From: a virus
Lineage: Duplodnaviria > Caudoviricetes
IMG/VR virus record: IMGVR_UViG_3300031994_000039
Span: 32,001-96,000 of that record
Strand: one strand, 5' to 3'
Length of the DNA: 64,000 bases
Part shown: positions 55,468 through 64,000 of the stretch, in pieces
How the letters are laid out: each line of letters starts with the position of its first letter
How positions within the stretch are numbered: position 1 is the first letter of the stretch
Translations under genes and position numbers: made by a program
Notes under the pieces: generated by a model
What the model saw: only the letters and a program-made list of their open reading frames with translations
Database searches by the model: none
Told to the model about the DNA's origin: nothing

Positions 55468-56190
55468 ATGGCAACATTAAATCTGCTTTACGAACATGAG
55501 TATGTTATAAATGATAAAATCAAAGTCGTGATACCGACCGTCGGTCAGGTACTTGATAACGAGGATGAATATTATTCTATGGTTACGGCCTTTACCGCTA
55601 TGCCTATAGACCTGATGGTACAGCTCGACGATATGAAGATAGACTTCGAGCAAATCACCGACTATGATTTATTCATTATACTATTCAACGGGCTGCGATT
55701 ACAGAACGTTGGTTTGATCCTGAAGGATATTGACTTCAGCAAATTTATTCTGGATATCGATGAAGAAAAACAGGAACTATTCTTGATAGACGAGGAGAAC
55801 GATATAAAGATCGACCGGTCTGTCTACTTGCAGATTTCTGCGGTCCTGAGGAAAATTCATAATATAAAAAAGAATATTCGAAAGCCGGGCAATAAAGATG
55901 CGAGAGATTATATGCTTAAGCGAGCACGTGAAAAAATGAAGCGTGCGAAAAATCGCAAAACAGAATCTCAGACTGAATCTTTAATCGTGGCTTTGGTAAA
56001 TGCTCCTGAGTTTAAGTATGATTATCAGTCCGTCCGGGATCTGACAATTTACCAATTCAATAAGAGCTTATATCAGATAGTTAATCGTGTAGATTATAAC
56101 AACCGCATGGTCGGCATCTACACTGGTAACATAAATCCAAAAGATATGAGCCAGGATGATTTGAACTGGCTCACTACAAAATCAAAATAA
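55468..56190 (+). CDS. Tail-region protein
   Basis: Position; LTIYQF motif. Confidence 0.6.
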   Translation: MATLNLLYEHEYVINDKIKVVIPTVGQVLDNEDEYYSMVTAFTAMPIDLMVQLDDMKIDFEQITDYDLFIILFNGLRLQNVGLILKDIDFSKFILDIDEEKQELFLIDEENDIKIDRSVYLQISAVLRKIHNIKKNIRKPGNKDARDYMLKRAREKMKRAKNRKTESQTESLIVALVNAPEFKYDYQSVRDLTIYQFNKSLYQIVNRVDYNNRMVGIYTGNINPKDMSQDDLNWLTTKSK

Positions 56191-56208
56191 AAGAAGGAGG
56201 AATATATA

Positions 56209-57018
56209 ATGGTAAACGTTAATGACCTTACTATTACTTCCCTTGAAACAATTACAGCGTTTGACGTTGCTACAGGTGACTACAAGTTCACACTCGACGA
56301 ACTTCAGAACGCAACAATTGCTCAGGGTCAGGAAACAACTGATATCACCGGTAAGGGTGGTAGAAAGCTTAACACACTCAAGAAGAACAAGAGTGTAACA
56401 ATCAGCGGTTCAAACGGCGTTATCTCAGGCGGTCTTCTCGAAGTACAGACAGGCGGCACATTTGAGAACAAGGCTACAGAAGTACTCTGGACAGATTACC
56501 TCGTAGTTGACGCAAGCCACGAAGCTACAACATCATATAAGGCTATCGGTACAGCTGGTGCTGAAATTATCGGTCTTATTGTTAAGGATGCTAATGGTAT
56601 CCCAACAACAGAACTCGTTCAGGACACAACTGCAGCTGAAGGCAAGTTTGCATATGATCCATCTACAAAGAAACTCAGCTTCTATACAGATATCGCAGAA
56701 GGTACAGAAATCGTAGCAACATACAAGAGAAAGATCACAGCTGATGTTCTCTCTAATATGTCTGACAACTATTCAGGCAAGTGTACACTTTATGTTGACG
56801 CATTTGCTGAAGATAAGTGTGCAAGAGTATATCGTGTACAGTTCTTCTTCCCTAAGGTTGACTTCTCAGGCGAATTCTCTATCGAACTTGGCGGCGACCA
56901 GGCAGTTCATTCATTTGAATCTCAGTCACTCGCAGGCGGTTGCGGTTCAGGTTCAGTCGGTGCAGGTCTTCTCTGGACATACACAGTATTCGGCGAAACA
57001 GCACCTGACGCTCCATGA
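56209..57018 (+). CDS. Major tail (tube) protein
   Basis: T/G-rich beta protein, strong RBS and codon bias, DITGKGG motif. Confidence 0.7.
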   Translation: MVNVNDLTITSLETITAFDVATGDYKFTLDELQNATIAQGQETTDITGKGGRKLNTLKKNKSVTISGSNGVISGGLLEVQTGGTFENKATEVLWTDYLVVDASHEATTSYKAIGTAGAEIIGLIVKDANGIPTTELVQDTTAAEGKFAYDPSTKKLSFYTDIAEGTEIVATYKRKITADVLSNMSDNYSGKCTLYVDAFAEDKCARVYRVQFFFPKVDFSGEFSIELGGDQAVHSFESQSLAGGCGSGSVGAGLLWTYTVFGETAPDAP

Positions 57019-57030
57019 TGAGGTAAAATT

Positions 57031-57438
57031 ATGCCAGGAATCAGAAAATGTAAAATTTGCGGAAAAGAGTATGAATACTGTCATACTCTCCGAAGCAATA
57101 CAGTATTTCGCTGGCAGGACGTTGCTTGCTGCATAGAGCATGGTACTGAGTATTTTGCTAAGGTCGCTGCTTCCCGTGGCGAAACTTTCGATGCGGCAGC
57201 TGCAGAACCTAAGGCATCAAATTCACCTAAGGCAGATCCGAAGGTGGCTGAAGTTATCGTCGAAGATAACAAGGTTGAGATCGAAGTCGAAGAACCGGAA
57301 ACTGTTGAGGTTGATGATGGGGCTTCTGACGAATTCGACTCATTTGATATTACCAGGGGTTTTGACGACGAACCTGCTGAAGAAGCTAAGGAAGATTCTG
57401 ATTCTTTCAGCTTCCTTAGATTTAATAAAAAGAAATAA
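57031..57438 (+). CDS. Zn-finger protein with acidic tail
   Basis: CKICGKEYEYC...ACCIEH. Confidence 0.7.
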   Translation: MPGIRKCKICGKEYEYCHTLRSNTVFRWQDVACCIEHGTEYFAKVAASRGETFDAAAAEPKASNSPKADPKVAEVIVEDNKVEIEVEEPETVEVDDGASDEFDSFDITRGFDDEPAEEAKEDSDSFSFLRFNKKK

Positions 57439-57466
57439 TAACGCACGGTTAGCCGTGTTAGTAGCT

Positions 57467-57500
57467 ATAGCTGCATCCATTTTGGGTGCGGCTATTTTTT
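57467..57500 (+). terminator. Rho-independent terminator
   Basis: ATAGCTGCATCC-ATTTT-GGGTGCGGCTAT-TTTTT. Confidence 0.7.
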
Positions 57501-57514
57501 CAACTATGATATAC

Positions 57515-57601
57515 GGCGGATGCTAAGTGTGACATTATGTCGCACACTATTTGATGTTCGGAAGGTCATCGCGCCCTGTCCGGGGAGAACGGACATCCGC
57601 C
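57515..57601 (+). ncRNA. Candidate multi-stem structured element
   Basis: Closing GGCGGATG/CATCCGCC with three internal hairpins. Confidence 0.4.
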
Positions 57602-57620
57602 ATTTTTAATAAGGATTTAT

Positions 57621-58064
57621 ATGAAACAAAAGAAAATTTCGTTTACAATAGACAATGAAACGTTGCTTTTATATTCATCATGTTATTTCAAGTTACATCC
57701 GAGAGCACATAAGATCCCTATCCCCCACCCTTATCATGAGTCGATAAACGTATGGATGATTATGCGCAGACCGATGATGAATGCTTTAAAGCAGAAATGG
57801 AAAGATTTTATAAAGTGGCTGGTAGATACAAAAGGTTATACTAACCTGCACGTTGAAAAATGTGAGATAACACAATGTGTCTACTATCCTAATAATAGAA
57901 GACACGACATAGACAATTCGGTCCCGAAGTTTATCTTGGATGGATTGGTTGAAAGCGGTATGATCGTCGATGACGACCATCTGCATATATCAAAGTTAAC
58001 TTTAACATGCGGCGTGGATGTCGATAATCCACGCACTGAAATAATGATAAGAGTTTTAGAATGA
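57621..58064 (+). CDS. RusA-like Holliday junction resolvase
   Basis: RRHDIDN..PKFILDGL...IVDDD. Confidence 0.85.
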   Translation: MKQKKISFTIDNETLLLYSSCYFKLHPRAHKIPIPHPYHESINVWMIMRRPMMNALKQKWKDFIKWLVDTKGYTNLHVEKCEITQCVYYPNNRRHDIDNSVPKFILDGLVESGMIVDDDHLHISKLTLTCGVDVDNPRTEIMIRVLE

Positions 58065-58077
58065 AAGGATTTTAATT

Positions 58078-58743
58078 ATGGCAAGAACAAAAAAGACACC
58101 TGCTAAGGAAGCAGAAACAAAGGCAACAGAAACAAAGGCAATTTCAATTGACGAGTTTGCAGACAGTATCACTACCGAAAACGGCAAACTTTCATGGAAT
58201 GGTTTTGAAATTACTGTTAAGCCAAGATTAACGATGAAAGAAGTTTCTAGATTTACAGCTATTATTGTCAGCTTATCTTTCGGCGATGACGGAATATACA
58301 TTCCGGAAGTATACGAATACGCAGTAGGCGTTGCTACAGTAATGATGTACACAGACCTTCAGTTACCTAAGGATGTCGAAGCACAGTATAAGCTTCTTAC
58401 ATTCACGGACCTTTATAGTCAGATCACAGACATGGTTGACGCAGACCAGTATTCATCTGCAGTTCACTCTGCTCTTGAAAGAATTCAGAACTTAACTCAG
58501 GCAAATACAGATGCTATAAGAAAGCAGGCTGCGGATGTCATCAGCGCTGTTGATGTTCTCGTAAAGAAGATAGAAGATACGTTCGGCGGAATTGATCCGG
58601 AATGGATGAACGGTATAGCTCAGGCTTTATCTTCTGGAAAGATCGACGAAGAAAAGCTTGCAAAGGGTGTTGTTAAGAATAGAAAAATCGACACTGATAA
58701 AATAGCAGAGGCAGTCGCTGAGAAAATTAAGAAAGAAAAATAA
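58078..58743 (+). CDS. Possible tail assembly chaperone
   Basis: Position upstream of the tape-measure gene. Confidence 0.5.
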   Translation: MARTKKTPAKEAETKATETKAISIDEFADSITTENGKLSWNGFEITVKPRLTMKEVSRFTAIIVSLSFGDDGIYIPEVYEYAVGVATVMMYTDLQLPKDVEAQYKLLTFTDLYSQITDMVDADQYSSAVHSALERIQNLTQANTDAIRKQAADVISAVDVLVKKIEDTFGGIDPEWMNGIAQALSSGKIDEEKLAKGVVKNRKIDTDKIAEAVAEKIKKEK

Positions 58744-58763
58744 ATTAAAAGGATGGTGATACT

Positions 58764-59351
58764 ATGCAGATAAACTTTGATATCATTAAAAGCAAAACTC
58801 AAAAATTCATAGAATCAGATGAAGGTCAGGAATTTGTAAGCAGTATCGCCATCCCGGAAGGAATGATGATAGAAGCTGCACAGAAATTAGCTGATATTAT
58901 CAGAAGAAACGTTCATTCAGGACTTTATGGGAATTCAATAAATAAAATCGTTGATAGCGGTATTATAATATCACGCCCTGTCAGGACCGGTAAATATAAA
59001 GGACGAAATACCTGGGCAATAGATATAAGCTTTGACCCAAGTATGTTACATCGTGACTCCTTGGAAATTAGACGAAAGGGCCGAGTAGTAGGTCATACAA
59101 GTATTGATGGAATAGATAATATCATGTCGTTGCTCGATACAGGATATCCTTATGAAGATGGAGCCCAGATGAAGTCAGTACGTGGCTACTGGAGGTCTAG
59201 ATGGGTTAATATAAAAACGCCTCTCGAAAGAGCAGGCGATCATTTTATGTCTGATTCAGTTAATGAGTTTAACGCTGTATACGGACAGGAATATTTTTGT
59301 TATGCTTCTATAGTTGCTCCTGATGAATATTATATGAGAATTAGTGATTAA
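58764..59351 (+). CDS. Tail-region hypothetical protein
   Basis: ORF with RBS. Confidence 0.6.
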   Translation: MQINFDIIKSKTQKFIESDEGQEFVSSIAIPEGMMIEAAQKLADIIRRNVHSGLYGNSINKIVDSGIIISRPVRTGKYKGRNTWAIDISFDPSMLHRDSLEIRRKGRVVGHTSIDGIDNIMSLLDTGYPYEDGAQMKSVRGYWRSRWVNIKTPLERAGDHFMSDSVNEFNAVYGQEYFCYASIVAPDEYYMRISD

Positions 59352-59390
59352 TAAATACATTACTTTAATAACAAAGGAAGGTGAATATAA

Positions 59391-62300
59391 ATGGCAGATA
59401 TTAGGCTTGATTTTGGCGTTGATAAAGGTGTTTCAAAAATAAATATAGAAAAAGACCTTACTGACATAGTGAACCAATTACCTACCTTTGGAATTAAGGT
59501 AGGTGTAAACGCTGAATCATTACAAGAGTTTAAAGCTCAACTTGAAAGCACAAAAGAACAGATAAACGGATTAAAGGATTTTCAGTTAAATCTCGGTGGT
59601 GCGAATGTAGCAATTCAAACTGCGGGGGAACTTGACTCAACAATAAAAGATATCTTAACTCAGCTCAAATCCTTTAACACAATACCAATAGATTTCGGTG
59701 ATGAGGTAATATCTTTTTCAACCGCATTTAAGGGTATAGCTACAGACATTGAAGCTATAAAAATGTCGCTAAGGTCATTAAGTTCGGCAATTAAAGGTGT
59801 AGGTACTGGAGATATTATAAGCATATCAACTCTGCTCGATAATATAGAAAATGCTATATTGACTATTGACGATACGATTAAAGATATGGGGAGGATTAAG
59901 CTTGATAGTTCTATTAAATCTCAATTTGAAGGTTTAGTAAATTCTATAACATTAATTGAAAATTCTCTTCAAAGCGTAAGAACTTTTACATTACCTCAAG
60001 GTTTAACAAATAATATTAACGATATTCTTGTCCAGCTTCGAAGTGTAAATCAGGCCATAACTGATATCTGGAGCTCGTTCGCTGAATTTGGGACACTGGA
60101 CAGCGCGGGTCAGCAGATGATCAGTCTTACTGAACAGTTTATTAAACTCAATAATGGTATCCACTCTGTTACGGATGCAATATCTGGTCTTAAAACGAAC
60201 CTTGCAATCGCCTTTTCAGATGGAAACCAAGGCCTTGTAAATTTCGATATTGAGTTAAATAGAATCAGAGATACAATAAAGAATAGCAAAACAGAGGTTT
60301 ATGCTGGCAGTAGCTGGTTCGGTTACGATGAAGCGAAACGCCTTGAAGTAATGAATGTGGATTTAAGAACCTTAACTGAACAATTATCTAAGATCCCGGA
60401 AATTCTTACGCAAATCGTTGCTCTCGTAGATACAATAAGCAAAAAGGAATTTAGCATTACAAATACTTTCACGGGTAATCTTGAAAACTTTAAAGATAAA
60501 GCCCAAGAAACAAGACTGTATAGAGATAGGCTCCTTGAACTTTACAAAGTCGTTCGTGATTATAATTCCGAAGCGGAACGTATGGCTTCAACGAGATATG
60601 TAAATGGCGAAGTTAATAGATTATTCCAGCAGATTCCGGGAACAGGAATTTCAAATGTTTTTGAAATGCTGAACCAGCTCGATGAACTCGGAGTATCAGA
60701 GCGGTCTATTTACTCAATGAGCAATATGAAGTCTATTGAAGCTAAAATGGGTAGACTTAATGAATTAAAGAGTATATATGAAACTCTTTTTCAGGAAGTA
60801 CAGAAATATCAGCAGGCAGAATCTAAAAGTGCGTTAGCAAAAACAGGCTTTGAAATCAAGATGCCAGATACATCAGGTTTTCAAAAGGCAAACGAGGCAC
60901 TTGATAAATATCTGAACAAGATAACCGAGATCAAGACTGCAGCTGCAGATGCTGCAATGCAGCAGGTAAGCTCCAAACAAACTACTGAACGCCTGGAAAC
61001 TGCTAAACAAATGGCGGCAATAGTAGAGCAGTCATTAGCTGCCCCGCAGCAACAGTTATCTGAACTTCAGACTAAAATTGCTGAAACATTTGATTTATCA
61101 AAGGTAACCCCTAATACAGAAAAAATAACACAAACTTTATTAGGGGTTAAACAACAGCTTACCGAAATACAGTCGCAAATCAGAAGCACGTTCGACCTGT
61201 CAACTATACCTTTTGATACAACAAAAATTACTTCTGGAGTTGCTGGTATTAAGAATCAACTTTCAGAAATTCAGGTTCAGGTAAATGGAATTTTTGATCC
61301 TTCAAAAATGATATTTGACCCAAAGAGTATTGAGCAAATTGCAGCAGCAACAAAGAATGCCTTTGATTTATCTGGTGCGAATCTTGATAGCTCTAAATTC
61401 ACAAGATTTACAGCTGAAATAACTCAGCAACTCACCCGGATTCAGAATCAGCTCCGCACAACATTTAATACAGCTAATCTCGTAATCGATACGGCGAAGG
61501 TTGATGATTTCCTCAGACATGTTAGTGGCGAGCTTGTTCGTATTCAGAATCAGTTAAGAGAAACATTTAACGGTGCAAGACTCGTTGTTGATACAGCAAA
61601 GGTCGGAGATTTTACTACAGAAGTCAAACGTCAGATTGCTGAAGTCAAAGCTGAGATTGCTACGATATTTGATTTGTCCGGTGTAACATTTGACTATACA
61701 CAGTTTGATGCATTTACTGGAAGAATCAAGAGCGGATTTGATGAAATCAGAACAAGTGTCAAGAGTTCACTCGATGGTATCAAGGCGTATATCAATGAGG
61801 TAACTGGTGCGTATGCTAACCTTCTTGTTCAGATTGATAAGGCGGCTAATAATCCGGTAGTTCAGAAGGTTGCGGACTCTGCAATCCCTGCTTCACAGGA
61901 CGCTCAGAAGGTGCGACAGGCTACAGCTGTACGTGACCTTGCACAGGCACATGTTGAATTGGGTCAGGCTGAAACACAAGCTGCAAAGGCTGCTAATCAG
62001 CAAGAAATGGCTGAAACTAAAAAATTAGCTATAGCACGTGTTTTATTTAACACAGAAGAACAGCTTGCTACTCTGGTTGCTAAGAACGCTATGGATGAGA
62101 GACTGGAGTATGATAGTCTTAGAGAGGCTCTATTATCAGTTTCAGAAGCAGCAGATATAGTCAGAGAAGATATAAATCAGGTAGATGTAGTTTTTAAAGA
62201 TAAGGCAGACAAAACAACTACATACTTATCTAGAGTAAGAACTGAAATAGCTGCTTATAAAGCCGAGCTTAAGAAATTCGAAATCGGCGGAGTTGTAACA

Positions 62301-64000
62301 CCTACGCAGTTCTATAGTGCTATGGGCTCGTTAAAGAAAATCGAAACGTCGTATCCTGAAAAGAAAGGCATACAGGTATATGATGAGATTCTTCATAAGC
62401 TTAATGAACTTAGAATTGCAGAAGAATTAGTCACAGAGAACGGTTTGAATTTAAACGAGGCATTTAATGAACTGGGTATGTCGAGTGCAAAAGGATTCTT
62501 TGAAGAAATAAATGCTTTGATCAAAGAGTTCAACGCTCAGGTAACAGGCGAAACTCCGATCCTTAAACTTCACGAACAGATAGCTTCTCTTTCCGGAGTG
62601 ATTAAACAAGCAAAGAACAATAAAAATGTTCTGGACACCGATCAGTATAAAAACATAGTTAATACTATGGGCGTGTTTAAGAATGTTCTTGATCAGGTTG
62701 AAAATAAGGGTAAATCTGTAAACCAAGCATTTGCAGATTTGAAGACAACAACTAAACAAGCTTTTGACCAGGCGAAAATTTATGCAAGCGACCTTAGAAC
62801 AGTTCTTAACGAAACAGCCAAACCGGCTAAAGAAGGTGCTGCAAAAATCTTTGACGCAAGTGCGTTAGAAAAATCTATAGCTAAAATGCAGGGTCTTGCA
62901 AATCAGGCTCTTAGAGACCCTAATGCTAAAAAGACCAAGGAATACCTCGACCTGGCTAACCATCTTAGCCTTGCAAATCAGGCATTTGAAGCATTAAAGC
63001 AGAATGAACTTACAGCTGAACAGGCATTAGCTCAGTATGGCACTAACGGAACTGAGTATGTAAGGGATCTTACAACTGTAGTTGATGCATTTAATATTGT
63101 TCTGAAGAAGACTGCGAATGAAACAATTAAGTCTAACAACGCAGCTAAGGCTCAGGCTCAGGCGGCCAAAGAAGCTGAAGCAGAACAGAAGAAACTTAAT
63201 CAGACGCAGGCTGAAGCACTGGCAAATGCTAAGCGGTTAAAGGAAGCTTATTTACAGGTTCTCAGAATGCAATCGTCAATGGTTACATCTCTGAATTCTG
63301 CTGGTAATAAGAATTCAGCTCTTACAGGTAGTAACGAATATCAGGCTGTGCAGAATTATCTTAATCAGTTTAAGAGTGCCACCGCTGCAATGGCATCGGA
63401 GAATTTAAATATATTTGATGCTTTTACAAGTATAGGAGGAAACTTCGAGAACGCTGTATTAAGAGCGAACGAGGCAATGGCTCAGCTCAAGATTGTTACC
63501 GGTGAAACCGCTAAGGAAACGAAGGACGCAGAAGCCAAAGTGACATCGTTAGCAAAGGCGTATGACGCTCTTGCTCGTGCCAACAGATTAATTAACAATA
63601 ACCAGAATCTTAAGAATACAGCAGAATACACATCCCTCGTAAGAAACAGAGATGAAATGCAGCATATTGTTGACCTTCTGGAAAATGGTGTTAAAACTGT
63701 CGGTGGTTATAGACGGCAGTACACTTCACTCGATGATGTATTCCAGCAGTTAAATGTTGACGGCGAACAGCTTTTTAAAAACCTTCGTGTGTCTGCTTCA
63801 AGATTCAATAATGAAATCGCTAAGACGGAAAAGAGCATCACCTTAGACGCAGCTTATAAGAAACTCGGAAGTCTTCAGAATCTTCTCAATGGCAAAAAGG
63901 GTAAAACTCTTATCGGAACTGACGAATACAATGCAGTTCTGAATTCTGTAAACCAGCTTACTACAGCTATTGCAAAGGCTGAATCACAGCAGATTTCGAT
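59391..64000 (+). CDS. Tape measure protein (5' part, >1500 aa, runs off window end)
   Basis: ATG after AAGGAAGGTGA; MADIRLDFGVDKG...; no terminated ORF reported here by the track; Ala/Gln-rich helical repeats. Confidence 0.8.
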   Translation, partial: MADIRLDFGVDKGVSKINIEKDLTDIVNQLPTFGIKVGVNAESLQEFKAQLESTKEQINGLKDFQLNLGGANVAIQTAGELDSTIKDILTQLKSFNTIPIDFGDEVISFSTAFKGIATDIEAIKMSLRSLSSAIKGVGTGDIISISTLLDNIENAILTIDDTIKDMGRIKLDSSIKSQFEGLVNSITLIENSLQSVRTFTLPQGLTNNINDILVQLRSVNQAITDIWSSFAEFGTLDSAGQQMISLTEQFIKLNNGIHSVTDAISGLKTNLAIAFSDGNQGLVNFDIELNRIRDTIKNSKTEVYAGSSWFGYDEAKRLEVMNVDLRTLTEQLSKIPEILTQIVALVDTISKKEFSITNTFTGNLENFKDKAQETRLYRDRLLELYKVVRDYNSEAERMASTRYVNGEVNRLFQQIPGTGISNVFEMLNQLDELGVSERSIYSMSNMKSIEAKMGRLNELKSIYETLFQEVQKYQQAESKSALAKTGFEIKMPDTSGFQKANEALDKYLNKITEIKTAAADAAMQQVSSKQTTERLETAKQMAAIVEQSLAAPQQQLSELQTKIAETFDLSKVTPNTEKITQTLLGVKQQLTEIQSQIRSTFDLSTIPFDTTKITSGVAGIKNQLSEIQVQVNGIFDPSKMIFDPKSIEQIAAATKNAFDLSGANLDSSKFTRFTAEITQQLTRIQNQLRTTFNTANLVIDTAKVDDFLRHVSGELVRIQNQLRETFNGARLVVDTAKVGDFTTEVKRQIAEVKAEIATIFDLSGVTFDYTQFDAFTGRIKSGFDEIRTSVKSSLDGIKAYINEVTGAYANLLVQIDKAANNPVVQKVADSAIPASQDAQKVRQATAVRDLAQAHVELGQAETQAAKAANQQEMAETKKLAIARVLFNTEEQLATLVAKNAMDERLEYDSLREALLSVSEAADIVREDINQVDVVFKDKADKTTTYLSRVRTEIAAYKAELKKFEIGGVVTPTQFYSAMGSLKKIETSYPEKKGIQVYDEILHKLNELRIAEELVTENGLNLNEAFNELGMSSAKGFFEEINALIKEFNAQVTGETPILKLHEQIASLSGVIKQAKNNKNVLDTDQYKNIVNTMGVFKNVLDQVENKGKSVNQAFADLKTTTKQAFDQAKIYASDLRTVLNETAKPAKEGAAKIFDASALEKSIAKMQGLANQALRDPNAKKTKEYLDLANHLSLANQAFEALKQNELTAEQALAQYGTNGTEYVRDLTTVVDAFNIVLKKTANETIKSNNAAKAQAQAAKEAEAEQKKLNQTQAEALANAKRLKEAYLQVLRMQSSMVTSLNSAGNKNSALTGSNEYQAVQNYLNQFKSATAAMASENLNIFDAFTSIGGNFENAVLRANEAMAQLKIVTGETAKETKDAEAKVTSLAKAYDALARANRLINNNQNLKNTAEYTSLVRNRDEMQHIVDLLENGVKTVGGYRRQYTSLDDVFQQLNVDGEQLFKNLRVSASRFNNEIAKTEKSITLDAAYKKLGSLQNLLNGKKGKTLIGTDEYNAVLNSVNQLTTAIAKAESQQIS

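Noticed and set aside
297-62759. Many short antisense or alternate-frame ORFs in the track
   Set aside because: They overlap well-supported genes or tRNAs, lack an RBS and look like shadow ORFs.

Overview
A 64-kb segment of a large SPbeta-like siphophage or prophage of a Firmicutes (Clostridia-like) host. The minus strand (1-34.3 kb) carries replication/recombination genes (DnaB, PD-(D/E)XK nuclease, SSB, ERF) and an MrpR-like repressor. It also carries an array of Lar-like zinc-ribbon paralogs sharing a C-terminal motif, IscS, a tyrosine recombinase, a kinase-phosphatase-ligase RNA-repair enzyme, and a tRNA cluster with several aberrant tRNA-like RNAs. Further along are a retron-type reverse transcriptase and a complete ubiquitin-like conjugation module (two Ubl, E2-like, JAB, E1/ThiF). 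The plus strand (34.8-64 kb) carries a helicase, a YonO-like single-subunit RNA polymerase, and head/tail genes up to the start of the tape-measure gene. Four group I introns interrupt three of these genes. The most striking unexplained system is the retron-type RT, which has no adjacent ncRNA. Instead, two homologous msr-msd-like RNAs (conserved msr, unrelated msd) sit inside or next to the ubiquitin-like operon, and a third candidate lies 5 kb away. All calls come from motif reading and manual base-pairing; no database searches were run.
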